A stretch of DNA of 64,000 nucleotides from Ktedonobacterales bacterium (lineage in GTDB: Bacteria; Chloroflexota; Ktedonobacteria; Ktedonobacterales; JADMIN01). Position 1 is the stretch's first letter; each line of letters begins with the position of its first letter. The stretch is from the NCBI GenBank assembly GCA_036258195.1, contig DATAED010000076.1, positions 9,981 to 73,980 on the forward strand, in the 5' to 3' direction. The position numbers were made by a program, and so were the translations under genes. Positions 1 to 8,282 of this stretch are shown here, piece by piece. The notes under the pieces were generated by a model. The model saw nothing but the letters and a program-made list of their open reading frames with translations. It searched no databases and was not told the DNA's origin.

Positions 1-194
1 CCGCCGCTGGCAAGATTCACACCGACTTCGAGAAGGGCTTCATCCGCGCCGAGGTTATCTCGTACGATGATCTGATGGGCGCTGGCGGCTCGATGAAAGT
101 CGCGAAAGAACACGGCCAGGTGCGCCTGGAAGGCAAAGACTACACCGTGCGCGATGGCGACATCATCGAGTTCCGCTTCAACGTCACGAAGTAG
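1..194 (+). CDS. ychF: Ribosome-binding ATPase YchF, C-terminal fragment (5' end lies outside the window)
   Basis: Frame 3 reads [63 protein letters not shown], then TAG at 192-194. This is the conserved YchF/Ola1 C-terminal tail. It is absent from the ORF track because no start codon lies in the window. Confidence 0.85.
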   Translation, partial: AAGKIHTDFEKGFIRAEVISYDDLMGAGGSMKVAKEHGQVRLEGKDYTVRDGDIIEFRFNVTK

Positions 195-197
195 CCG

Positions 198-233
198 CGA
201 CCTCAGCCCCCGCTCCCGCAGGTGAGGGGGAGC
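198..233 (-). repeat. Family-A GC-rich hairpin repeat, degenerate copy in reverse orientation
   Basis: CGACCTCAGCCCCCGCTCCCGCAGGTGAGGGGGAGC is the reverse complement of the family-A pattern (hairpin + GCTGGGGGTGAGGTCG tail). The tail starts 3 nt after the ychF stop. Confidence 0.5.
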
Positions 234-277
234 CGGAATCGCGGTATGTCGAAAACGCCGCCACTCGCCACAATCTC

Positions 278-331
278 TGGCCTGGGTTCCCCCTCCCGCG
301 GAGGGGAGGGGGACAGGGAGAGAGGTTCCGC
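278..331 (+). repeat. Family-B GC-rich hairpin repeat, copy 1
   Basis: TGGCCTGGGTTCCCCCTCCCGCGGAGGGGAGGGGGACAGGGAGAGAGGTTCCGC is near-identical to 30017-30069 and to the reverse complements at 54316-54364 and 61467-61565. It lies between the convergent ychF and kinase 3' ends. Confidence 0.7.
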
Positions 332-392
332 TTGCCCCACGCCGCACCTCCCGGCCCGAATCCCTACCACGTGAAGGCCAGAGGGCCGAGGT

Positions 393-2198
393 CTACCCGC
401 CGACGTTGTAGAGCTGCACGTTGCTGAAGGAGCCAGCGCCATCGGTGCAGATCGCCACCCAGCCAGTGGTGAACGCCGTGTTCGTCACCGACGGATAAGC
501 GCGCCCGTTGACATACGGCGTCAGGCTCGACCCCTGGAACATGAGCCCGAAGGTAAACTGCTGCGGGGGGATTCCGACCAGACGCGCCTGCCGCAGGGTC
601 GTTGGCTGGCCAGCGGCGTCCACAGAGTAGATCACGTAGGCGCCATGGGCGCCATCTACCGCCAGGTAGTAGCCCTCGATATTGAACGACGTGCCGGTCG
701 TCGTGTTCCCGACCCCCTGACGCACCCCAATCTCGGCTTTGCCGCTCTGCGGGTCAACCGTCGTCTGCATGTAGCCATCGCCCTTCTGCACCGCATTTGC
801 GGAGAGGCAGGCCAGCGAGCCTGCCTTGGGCGAGGCGAGATCGACCTGCGTGGCGCCTACACACGTGACGGTGGCGCCATCGGAGGTCCACACCGGAGTG
901 GCCTGGCCATCGCAGGTGGGGGCCGGATTCGCGAAGACCTGGCTGCCCACGCCCGGTGGTGGGGTAGAGGGAGCGGTGGTGGGGGTGGGGCCGTTGGGCG
1001 TCACCGTGGCGCCCACTGTCGCCGTGGCGCCTGCCGTCGTGGATGGCGAGGTGGACGCCTGCGCTTGTTGCGTGAGCGTCGCGTTGGCCTGCGCCGTCTC
1101 GGTTGCCACCGCCGCCAGATGCTGCTGATTGCTGAAGTACGCGCCGCCGCCGACCACAGCGGTCAGCAGCACGATCACCGCCAGCACCGCCAACCACAGC
1201 CGTCCCATGCCGCCGCCGCCCGCGCCGCGCGGCTTGCCCTGCGCGCCAGCAGGCCCACCCGGCCACGGCGGCGCCGCCACGGACATAGGCGCGGCGCGCT
1301 CCGTTACAGGTGGCGGCGCAGCGACCGGCGCCATGCCCGCATCGGCCCCTGCCTCCACCGCGCGCGCGAAGGCCGTCACATTCGGAAAACGCTGTGCCGG
1401 GTCTTTGGCCAGCCCGCGCAGGATCGCCGCTTCCATCTGCGGCGGCACGGCGGGATTAAACTTGCGTAGCGACGGCGGCGCATCATACATGTGCGCGCGC
1501 GTCAGCGCGCCCAGCTCGCCCTCGAATGGCGGGCGTCCGGCCAGCAATTGATACGTCATGACGGACAGCGCATATTGATCGGTGGCGGGCGAGAACTTGC
1601 CGTCGAACTGCTCGGGGGCCATGTAGGTGAAGGTACCAGCAACCTGCGTGCGCGCTGTGTTCGAGTCCGGCCCGCGCGCCACGCCAAAGTCCGCCAGCAT
1701 CAGGCGCCAGTGGCCGCTCGGTTCGATCTGGATGAGGACGTTGCCGGGCTTCACATCGCGGTGCACCACACCGCGATCATGGATGTATTGGAGCGCCGAG
1801 GCCACCTGTGACACGATGTCGGACGTCATCGCGGCATCCAGCGGCAGACTCAGCGAGCGGCGCGAGCGCCCGCGAATGGCGTCGGAGAGCGAACCATCCT
1901 CGGCATACATCATGACGATGTAGAGATAATCCTGCTCCGAGCCACTATAATACACCGGCAGGATGTTGGGATTGTTGAAATTGGCGGCCAGGCTGACCTC
2001 ACGCTTGAAGCGCTCGCGAATGTCCTCGACATCCTCCGCCTGCACAGAGAGCGTGTCCGGGCGCACCACTTTGACGGCCACCGCCCGATTGCCCGCGTTG
2101 AGCTGCTCGGCGAGGTAGACCTCGCCCATGCCGCCCTCGCCCACGACGCGATTGAGCCGGCAGCCGCCCAGCTCGCGGCCCTGGAGATTCAACGCCAT
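393..2198 (-). CDS. Hanks-type Ser/Thr protein kinase, single-pass membrane protein with an extracellular C-terminal domain
   Basis: Kinase motifs are present: GEGGMGEVYLA...AVKV, HRDVKPGNVL, DFG, APE. A TM helix (LWLAVLAVIVLLTAVVGGGAYF) is followed by a Thr/Ala/Pro-rich linker and a ~190-aa C-terminal domain. I moved the start to the ATG at 2198 (MALNLQGRELGG), preceded by GGAGGGA. Confidence 0.85.
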   Translation of the reverse strand: MALNLQGRELGGCRLNRVVGEGGMGEVYLAEQLNAGNRAVAVKVVRPDTLSVQAEDVEDIRERFKREVSLAANFNNPNILPVYYSGSEQDYLYIVMMYAEDGSLSDAIRGRSRRSLSLPLDAAMTSDIVSQVASALQYIHDRGVVHRDVKPGNVLIQIEPSGHWRLMLADFGVARGPDSNTARTQVAGTFTYMAPEQFDGKFSPATDQYALSVMTYQLLAGRPPFEGELGALTRAHMYDAPPSLRKFNPAVPPQMEAAILRGLAKDPAQRFPNVTAFARAVEAGADAGMAPVAAPPPVTERAAPMSVAAPPWPGGPAGAQGKPRGAGGGGMGRLWLAVLAVIVLLTAVVGGGAYFSNQQHLAAVATETAQANATLTQQAQASTSPSTTAGATATVGATVTPNGPTPTTAPSTPPPGVGSQVFANPAPTCDGQATPVWTSDGATVTCVGATQVDLASPKAGSLACLSANAVQKGDGYMQTTVDPQSGKAEIGVRQGVGNTTTGTSFNIEGYYLAVDGAHGAYVIYSVDAAGQPTTLRQARLVGIPPQQFTFGLMFQGSSLTPYVNGRAYPSVTNTAFTTGWVAICTDGAGSFSNVQLYNVGG

Positions 2199-2597
2199 AC
2201 AGTCCCTCCGCCATTGCGATGGCCAGCCACTCACACCTAGAGCCATCGCGCCTTGAGTATAGCAGACTTGCGCGCTGGCGGCGGCGGCTCGCCAGGAACC
2301 CACCGGGCGCACTTGTGCAATGTCGCGTCGATACTCTATACTAGGGCCATCAACCGGCAGGGGGCAGGCGGCGAACTGGCAGGATGGCCGGGTAGAGCGC
2401 ACAGTGCGTAACATGACCGCTGGTGATTGGGGTACAATAGACTTGAGGGCACGTAGCTCTCGGCGCTGGCGAGTGGCCCAGCGTCAATGCGATCTCCCAA
2501 CGGCGATCATGTGCGCACGGCAAGCGGTGTCTGGGAATGACCCCAGGCGGGCATCTTCGAGCAAGCGCCCCACGCGGGCGGCTGGAGGAGCGGACAC

Positions 2598-2774
2598 ATG
2601 GAGCCAGTGATCGCGTCGTCGAACACACAGCGAACACTCAGCGTATCTGACCAGCCGGATACCGTCGAGCCGACGGCTGACTCCTCCGAGCCAGTGAGTG
2701 AGACCTTCGTCGCCACCATCGTCCGTCTCGATCAGTCAGCCGCTGAACGCCTGTTTCGCGTCGCTCGGCTGTAG
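2598..2774 (+). CDS. Candidate 58-aa small protein (below the ORF-track length cutoff)
   Basis: ATG at 2598 lies 7 nt after GGAGGAG (2584-2590). Translation is [58 protein letters not shown], with stop TAG at 2772-2774. Third-position G+C is about 74% by my count. I recognise no family. Confidence 0.3.
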   Translation: MEPVIASSNTQRTLSVSDQPDTVEPTADSSEPVSETFVATIVRLDQSAAERLFRVARL

Positions 2775-2923
2775 GGCCGCCCACGCGAAGCGCCGACGCG
2801 CGACGGTCGCTGGGCGCCGTTGAGCTGTCACAAAAGAATCGCCAGGGCGGTCAGCCTGATGACGAGAGCCATGCATACGCGGCTTTCGTGGCTCGCTGGC
2901 AAGCGAAAGGTGATGCGCGCGTA

Positions 2924-3832
2924 ATGGACGTCATTAAAATCTCGCCTCGCGGCTACTGCTACGGTGTGGTGGACGCGATGAGTATCGCTCGGAATGCGGC
3001 GCACGATGCGTCACTTCCGCGGCCCATCTATATCATTGGCCTGATCGTCCACAACCGGTTTGCAGTCGAAGAGCTGACGTCGCTCGGCGTCACCACGCTC
3101 GACGGCCCCGACCGCGCCTCGATCCTCGAACAGGTCACCGAAGGCACCGTCATCTTCACCGCCCACGGTGTCAGCCCCCTGGTAAAAGAGCGCGCCCGCG
3201 AGCGCGGCCTATACGTCATCGACGCCACCTGCCCCGATGTCACCAAAACGCACGACCTCGTGCGCAACTTTGTCGCGCAGGGCTACGAGGTGATCTACAT
3301 CGGCAAGAAGGGGCATCCTGAGCCAGAGGGAGTCATTGGCGAGGCGCCCGAGCATGTCGCACTGGTCGAGACGGAAGCCGACATCGCCGACATCCCGCAG
3401 CATATCCGCGCCGCCGACCGCCTGCTCATCACCACGCAGACCACCCTCAGCCAGTGGGACACCGCTCGATTGACGGAAGAACTGGTGCGGCGCTTCCCCC
3501 AGGCCGAGGTCTACAACGAGATCTGCATGGCGACACAGCTTCGACAAGAGGCCGTCGCCTCACAGGCCAAAGGCGCTGAGTTGACCATTGTGGTCGGCGA
3601 CCCACGCAGCAATAACACGAATCGGCTCGCGCAGGTGGCGGAGGAACTGGCGGGCTGCCCGTCCATTCGCATCGAATCCGTTGACGACCTCACGCCCGAG
3701 ATGATCGCTGGCAAGCGTCGCATCGCCATCACGGCGGGCGCCTCGACTCCCAGCCAGATCACGCGCGCCGTGATTCGCTATGTGGAAGCCCTGGGCGGCA
3801 AGCCCAAGCTCGTGACAACGGTAGAGCGCTAA
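2924..3832 (+). CDS. ispH: 4-hydroxy-3-methylbut-2-enyl diphosphate reductase
   Basis: [19 protein letters not shown]..., [19 protein letters not shown] and ITAGASTP are LytB/IspH hallmarks including the three Fe-S cysteines. I moved the start to the ATG at 2924. Confidence 0.9.
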   Translation: MDVIKISPRGYCYGVVDAMSIARNAAHDASLPRPIYIIGLIVHNRFAVEELTSLGVTTLDGPDRASILEQVTEGTVIFTAHGVSPLVKERARERGLYVIDATCPDVTKTHDLVRNFVAQGYEVIYIGKKGHPEPEGVIGEAPEHVALVETEADIADIPQHIRAADRLLITTQTTLSQWDTARLTEELVRRFPQAEVYNEICMATQLRQEAVASQAKGAELTIVVGDPRSNNTNRLAQVAEELAGCPSIRIESVDDLTPEMIAGKRRIAITAGASTPSQITRAVIRYVEALGGKPKLVTTVER

Positions 3833-4061
3833 CATCAGCGCTGCGCGCGGGCGTTCACAGCGCCACCCACGCCAGAGCCTTCGCACACGGAGGAGATGCG
3901 ACACCCGATCTATCACCCAGACCACGGCGAGATGTCCACCTGAGAACCAGGCAGCCGCTTTGCGCTGAGTAGTCCTGTCATTCCTGGGAAGACGCGCCGC
4001 GTCGCAGACCTCACACCGCAGTGAGCGCGCTGCTCGACGCGCAGTTCGGAGGATGCCGACG

Positions 4062-6350
4062 ATGAAGAGCCTGTACGCGATCCTTGGGGAGCTTCCTTTC
4101 GCAGCGCTGCAGGAGCTTGCTCCCTGGTGGGGCGCGGAGCCACCGGAACACGATGATGTCGACGCGCGCCAACGCCTCGAACGGGCGATGCGCGACTCGG
4201 TGGCGTCCCGGTTCGTGTGGGAGCGCCTGAGTGACGATGAGCGTCGCGTGCTCTTCTGCATCGTTGGCCCCTCAGCGCGTAACTGGCAACTCGTCGATCA
4301 GGTCGCGAATCGCAGTCACATCGACACCGCGCTCGCGCTGGCTGCCGTCGAGCGATTGGCTGGGTGGGGGCTGATCCAACTGGAGCAGGCCAAGGTGCAA
4401 GGCGGCGAGCTGATGGGACAGCGCGCCACCTTCTATGGCTATTCGACACCTCGCAATCCTTCCGCGCCGGTCGAGGAGAAGCAGATTGCCTATGTGCCGA
4501 CCGAGCTGGCCACCGGACTCTACTCCACTGGCCGCGAGCTCTTCATTGTCGGGGGTGACCGCTCCGAGAAGACGCTCGATGAACTGCTGATGCCCTATCG
4601 CCAGGGCGATCTCGACCAGATCGGGCGACGCTTCGGACTGACCATGCAGTCCTACTACTCGCGCAACGAAGTGCGCGCTGCGATGGCCGAGAATCTGACG
4701 CAGGCGGAGGCGGTGCGCTATGCGCTAGCTCGCGTGCCAAGCCTCCTGCGCAACACCTATGAGTGGCTGCGCAGCCAGGGAGGCAAAGCGCCGACCAGTG
4801 AGGTGCGCCAGCGCTTCGAGCTGGATGACATCGCCCTGGCGAGCCTGCTGCATGCGCTCGAAGATTACGCGCTGGTGTTTGACACCTTCAGTGATGGCAA
4901 ACGCTCGCTGTTCATCCCCTTCGAGACGCTGCGCAATCTGCAGAAGGCCGAGGCGCGCCCGCAGGCTACCGTTGGGTTGACCGAGATTCCCACGCCGCGC
5001 GCCATCCGGCCCGCCGATCCGACCTTTCTGTGGGATCTGGCGGCGCTTACCGCCGTCGCGTCTCAGCAGGAGATCGAGCTGACTCGCGCTGGCTCGCTGC
5101 CCAAGCGCGCCGCGCAACGCCTGCTGCCCTCGCTCGCCAGCGACCGCACCCACGGGCCAGAGATTGACGCGCTGGCCTACGTGGATATGCTGAAGCAGGA
5201 AGCCAATGAGCTGGGGGTAATCGCCGCGCCGCCATCCACGTCGCGCCGACGTGAGACGCTGGCGGTCGGTGAGCGGCTGACCTCGTGGAGTCGGCATGAT
5301 CTCGTCATGCAGGCGCGCCGACTCTTCAAGCGCTGGCCCACCGATCGCTGGTGGATTGACCTGCCGGGCGCGAACTATCAGGAGTGGCACACCTTCTATC
5401 TGGAGGCGCCGCTGGCGCGTGAAGCGCTCACCGCGCAGTTGCGCCAGTGCAAGCCGGGAGTCTGGTACTCGCTCCAGTCGTTCCGCGCCACGATTCAGGG
5501 CAACGATCCGTATGTGCTGCGGCCATCGCAGCGCTGCGCAGGCGAGGCGGGATTCAAGCTGGCCGAAGAGCTGCGCGCGCACTGGGATGAAACCGATGGC
5601 GAGATCATCACCGGCATGTTTCGCTCGACCCTGTACGAATTGGGCTTCGTGGCGCTCGGCTACGACCGCGATGCGCCGCCCTCCTCGCATGATGGCGATG
5701 TCAATCCGGACGCCTTCATGCTGACGGATCTGGGCTACGAGGCGCTGCATGGTGAGCTTGGCGCGTCGCAGCAGCCATCGCCGCGCTCGCTGATCGTGCA
5801 GCCCAATTTCCAGGCCATCCTGATGGAGCCACATATGCCAGCGCTCTACTGGCTCGTGCGCTTCGCCAGCATGGAGCAGATCGGTCGCGTCAGCCGCTTT
5901 ACGCTCACCCGCGAGGCGCTGCACCATGGGCTGAGCCGCCAGGGACCAGACGCATCGGTTGATGACGTGATCGCGTTCCTGGAGGCGCACAACCAGAAAA
6001 CCCTGCCGCAAAACGTCATCTACACGCTGCGGGACTGGGCGCGCCAGTTCCGCGAGGCGCAGCGCCCGGAGAATGGCGCGCGCGTGTTGAAGTTCAAAGA
6101 TGAAGGCGTGGTGGATCGCATCCTGCGCTCACACCGGCTCAAGGCGTTTCGGCTGCGGCGGATCGATGCGCGCTCGGTCGTCGCGCCAGCAGAGATCAGC
6201 CTGCCCGATCTGCGAGGCGCGCTGGAGCATCTCGGCTACGCCCGCAAGCTGCTGAGCGGCCTCGAACTGGTGGCTCCGGCGGCGGTGGGCGCGGGCGTCG
6301 GCGCAGGCGCAGCGCGCCCACTCAGCCGACGCCGCATACCACGCCCGTAG
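4062..6350 (+). CDS. Helicase-associated-domain protein (XPB-partner / Rv0862c-like), function unknown
   Basis: This is a 762-aa soluble protein. Its C-terminal block ...FTLTREALHHGLSRQGPDASVDDVIAFLEAHNQKTLPQNVIYTLRDWARQF resembles, from memory, the Helicase_C_3-type domain of proteins normally encoded beside XPB/Ssl2 helicases. The start is the ATG at 4062, 9 nt after GGAGG. Confidence 0.45.
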   Translation: MKSLYAILGELPFAALQELAPWWGAEPPEHDDVDARQRLERAMRDSVASRFVWERLSDDERRVLFCIVGPSARNWQLVDQVANRSHIDTALALAAVERLAGWGLIQLEQAKVQGGELMGQRATFYGYSTPRNPSAPVEEKQIAYVPTELATGLYSTGRELFIVGGDRSEKTLDELLMPYRQGDLDQIGRRFGLTMQSYYSRNEVRAAMAENLTQAEAVRYALARVPSLLRNTYEWLRSQGGKAPTSEVRQRFELDDIALASLLHALEDYALVFDTFSDGKRSLFIPFETLRNLQKAEARPQATVGLTEIPTPRAIRPADPTFLWDLAALTAVASQQEIELTRAGSLPKRAAQRLLPSLASDRTHGPEIDALAYVDMLKQEANELGVIAAPPSTSRRRETLAVGERLTSWSRHDLVMQARRLFKRWPTDRWWIDLPGANYQEWHTFYLEAPLAREALTAQLRQCKPGVWYSLQSFRATIQGNDPYVLRPSQRCAGEAGFKLAEELRAHWDETDGEIITGMFRSTLYELGFVALGYDRDAPPSSHDGDVNPDAFMLTDLGYEALHGELGASQQPSPRSLIVQPNFQAILMEPHMPALYWLVRFASMEQIGRVSRFTLTREALHHGLSRQGPDASVDDVIAFLEAHNQKTLPQNVIYTLRDWARQFREAQRPENGARVLKFKDEGVVDRILRSHRLKAFRLRRIDARSVVAPAEISLPDLRGALEHLGYARKLLSGLELVAPAAVGAGVGAGAARPLSRRRIPRP

Positions 6351-6428
6351 GAAGCGTATCCCTGTAAGGAGGCATGAGTGGCACGCAGCGCCGTCCACAG
6401 CGGGCCCAGGCGGTAGAAGAGGTGGAGG

Positions 6429-6650
6429 ATGCGGCGGCAGGTGAGGCGCCGGGCGCGCTGGAGCGGACTCGTGGTAGTCGGCTTGCTGATGCTGTTTGAA
6501 AGTGGATGCATCCAGGCGCCGACGTTGCCGCCCATCGGCACGCCTGCGCCGCATGGGATCGGCATCATCCATGGCGCCCAGCAACGCGCCGCCAGCGAGC
6601 CGACGCTGGCGCGAGAAGACGATCACAACAAATCAGCGCCGCGCTCCTGA
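6429..6650 (+). CDS. Possible small exported protein or lipoprotein (weak call)
   Basis: The N-terminus MRRQVRRRARWSGLVVVGLLMLFESGC looks like a signal peptide ending at Cys. However, the lipobox -3 position is Glu and the SD (GGTGGAGG) abuts the ATG with no spacer. Confidence 0.25.
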   Translation: MRRQVRRRARWSGLVVVGLLMLFESGCIQAPTLPPIGTPAPHGIGIIHGAQQRAASEPTLAREDDHNKSAPRS

Positions 6651-6686
6651 TCACCGGGAGCGCCGCGCTCGCCGCTCTGTGATCGC

Positions 6687-7448
6687 CTATGGTCCAGTTG
6701 TGCTGGTCGCGGACGGCGTGGCCCCGGCGCCAGGCGTCGCGGAGTTGACGGGCGGCGCGCCACCCTCCGTCGGATAGATCGACGAGCCGATGTCGGTCAC
6801 GCTCCAGCTATTGTTGGACGACTCCAGGACGAGCTTGGTCGTGTAGCTCGTCGCCTTGCCAGCTTTGGTGCGCGTCACCTTATACGTCAGGGTCGCCGTC
6901 GTACTATCAGCCGATGTGTTCGTCAGCGTTGCGCTCGTCACGTTGCCGTAGTCCGAATCAGCCTGCGCCGCATCGTGCGTGAACTGAGCCTGCGGGATGG
7001 AGATGCGCAGATTGGAGCCGAGCAGGTTGAGATAGATATCCTGATAGTTCTGCGACTGCTCATCAGACCAGAAGAGTTGCGCCGTCGCGGTCGGCCCCGG
7101 ATTGAAGCTCAGCGCGTTGAACGCGAAATAGAAGCCGCCCGCGCAGAATGCGCAGGTCAGGAACGAGCCAATCGTCATCACCAGCGCCAGCATCATGCTA
7201 TTGGGCTGGGGAGGCTGGCGCACCGGAAAGCGCGACTCGAAGTCGTCGCGCATCTCGCGCAGCCGCAGCACCCGCTCGTAGCGCGCCTGGCGCTCTTCAC
7301 CCTGCTTTGTCTCGGGCTGAAGTTCAAGCTGCCGTAGCTCGGCGTCAATTTCCTTGACGCGCGCCTGAGCCTCGCGCAGCTCCTCCGGTGACGCTCGCCT
7401 GCTCTTCGCCACAGCGGATAACCGGGCGCGGGTTCTATCGCGCACCAC
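6687..7448 (-). CDS. Single-pass membrane protein with an N-terminal coiled-coil-like cytoplasmic segment
   Basis: The charged N-terminus (EELREAQARVKEIDAELRQLELQ...) is followed by a TM helix (MMLALVMTIGSFLTCAFCAGGFYFAF), a ~130-aa outer domain and a Ser/Thr/Pro/Ala tail. AGGGAGG precedes the tandem GTG start codons (7448 and 7445). Confidence 0.55.
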   Translation of the reverse strand: MVRDRTRARLSAVAKSRRASPEELREAQARVKEIDAELRQLELQPETKQGEERQARYERVLRLREMRDDFESRFPVRQPPQPNSMMLALVMTIGSFLTCAFCAGGFYFAFNALSFNPGPTATAQLFWSDEQSQNYQDIYLNLLGSNLRISIPQAQFTHDAAQADSDYGNVTSATLTNTSADSTTATLTYKVTRTKAGKATSYTTKLVLESSNNSWSVTDIGSSIYPTEGGAPPVNSATPGAGATPSATSTTGP

Positions 7449-7589
7449 AACCTCCCTGCGCTACTGCCGTACGCGCACGGCACGCGATACGGCGCGAGCG
7501 TACTGTAGCGGTTTGGCGGCGGCAGTGTCAAGCGAGGTGGGACGTTTTGCGCGCCCCTTGCCCCCAGCATTTCAGTGCCCGCGAGTGGT

Positions 7590-7619
7590 TTGCCGCAGGG
7601 CGCGTTCCTGTGCTACATT
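7590..7619 (+). promoter_or_regulatory. Candidate sigma-70-type promoter for the molybdoenzyme operon (extended -10)
   Basis: TTGCCG (7590-7595), an 18-nt spacer, then TGC-TACATT (7611-7619). The TGTGCTAYAYT block is shared with the metG upstream region at 23534-23544. Confidence 0.35.
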
Positions 7620-7695
7620 CAGATGGCGTTGCGCCGGAAAAGTCCGTTGGCGTCTGCGTCGGCAGGTATCCGGTCGCTTCATCAGGGGAGGTATC

Positions 7696-8214
7696 ATGCC
7701 CGATCAGACTGCGGGGCAATCCACCGGCACGCCCACCAACGAGCAGGCAGCGTCGCGGCGGGCGGCCCGCCTCACCATCAATGGCGCCGACTACGCTGTG
7801 GATGTCGAGACGCGCGCCACGCTGCTCGATACCCTGCGCGACGACCTCGGCCTGACAGGCGCCAAGCTCGGCTGCGATATGGGCCAGTGTGGCGCTTGCA
7901 CCGTGCTGGTGGACGGCGCGCCGATGTATAGCTGCCTGCTGCTTGCCATCGAGCAGCAGGGCCGCGTCATCACGACCATCGAGGGGTTGGCGGCTTCGGG
8001 CGAGCTCGATCCCATCCAGCGCGCCATGATCGAGCACGACGCGCTGCAGTGCGGCTTCTGCACCCCTGGCCAGGCGCTCGCCATGAAGGCGCTCTTCGAC
8101 CGCGAGCCACATCCATCCGATGAGGAGATCGACCGCGCGCTGGCGGGCAATCTCTGCCGCTGCGGCGCCTATGTCAAGCTGCGCGCGGCGGCGCGTTCCC
8201 TCGCTGGCCGCTAG
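7696..8214 (+). CDS. (2Fe-2S)-binding small subunit of a xanthine dehydrogenase / aldehyde oxidoreductase-family molybdoenzyme
   Basis: LTINGADYAVDVE..., GCDMGQCGACTV and QCGFCTPG...CRCG are the two [2Fe-2S] cysteine clusters of CoxS/XdhC-type subunits. I moved the start to the ATG at 7696, after GGGGAGG. Confidence 0.85.
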   Translation: MPDQTAGQSTGTPTNEQAASRRAARLTINGADYAVDVETRATLLDTLRDDLGLTGAKLGCDMGQCGACTVLVDGAPMYSCLLLAIEQQGRVITTIEGLAASGELDPIQRAMIEHDALQCGFCTPGQALAMKALFDREPHPSDEEIDRALAGNLCRCGAYVKLRAAARSLAGR

Positions 8215-8282
8215 CGCCACGCGCCCTGGCCTTCTTCCTGCTGCCCTGTCAGCGCCACACGACACCAGAGGATCAGGAAACC

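Noticed and set aside
203-442. 79-aa minus-strand ORF (track entry) between ychF and the kinase
   Set aside because: It runs straight through family-A and family-B repeats (peptide ...PPREGEPRPEI...). The same pseudo-peptide recurs wherever the repeats occur (for example at the start of 61137-62750). There is no SD site. It is a repeat-generated artefact.
4725-6011. Long antisense ORFs mirroring real genes (for example 4725-6011, 9753-10976, 14458-15939, 23573-24673, 27718-29469, 40993-42075, 44291-45520, 45737-46801, 48756-49952, 54850-55890, 58502-59728, 61137-62750)
   Set aside because: Stop-free antisense frames are typical of high-GC coding DNA. Their products are Arg/Ala/Gly/His-rich with no recognisable motifs and lack SD sites. 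Each is fully overlapped by a gene with strong family signatures.
6374-6499. 41-aa ORF directly after a strong AAGGAGG (6366-6372)
   Set aside because: The SD-to-ATG spacing is only 1 nt. The alternative GTG at 6378 (5-nt spacing) gives only a 12-aa peptide. The product is Ala/Arg/Glu-rich with no features.
7696-7790. Twin-arginine signal on the 2Fe-2S subunit (AASRRAARL)
   Set aside because: An RR pair is present, but no hydrophobic h-region or AxA cleavage site follows; the ferredoxin fold begins immediately. The enzyme is probably cytoplasmic.
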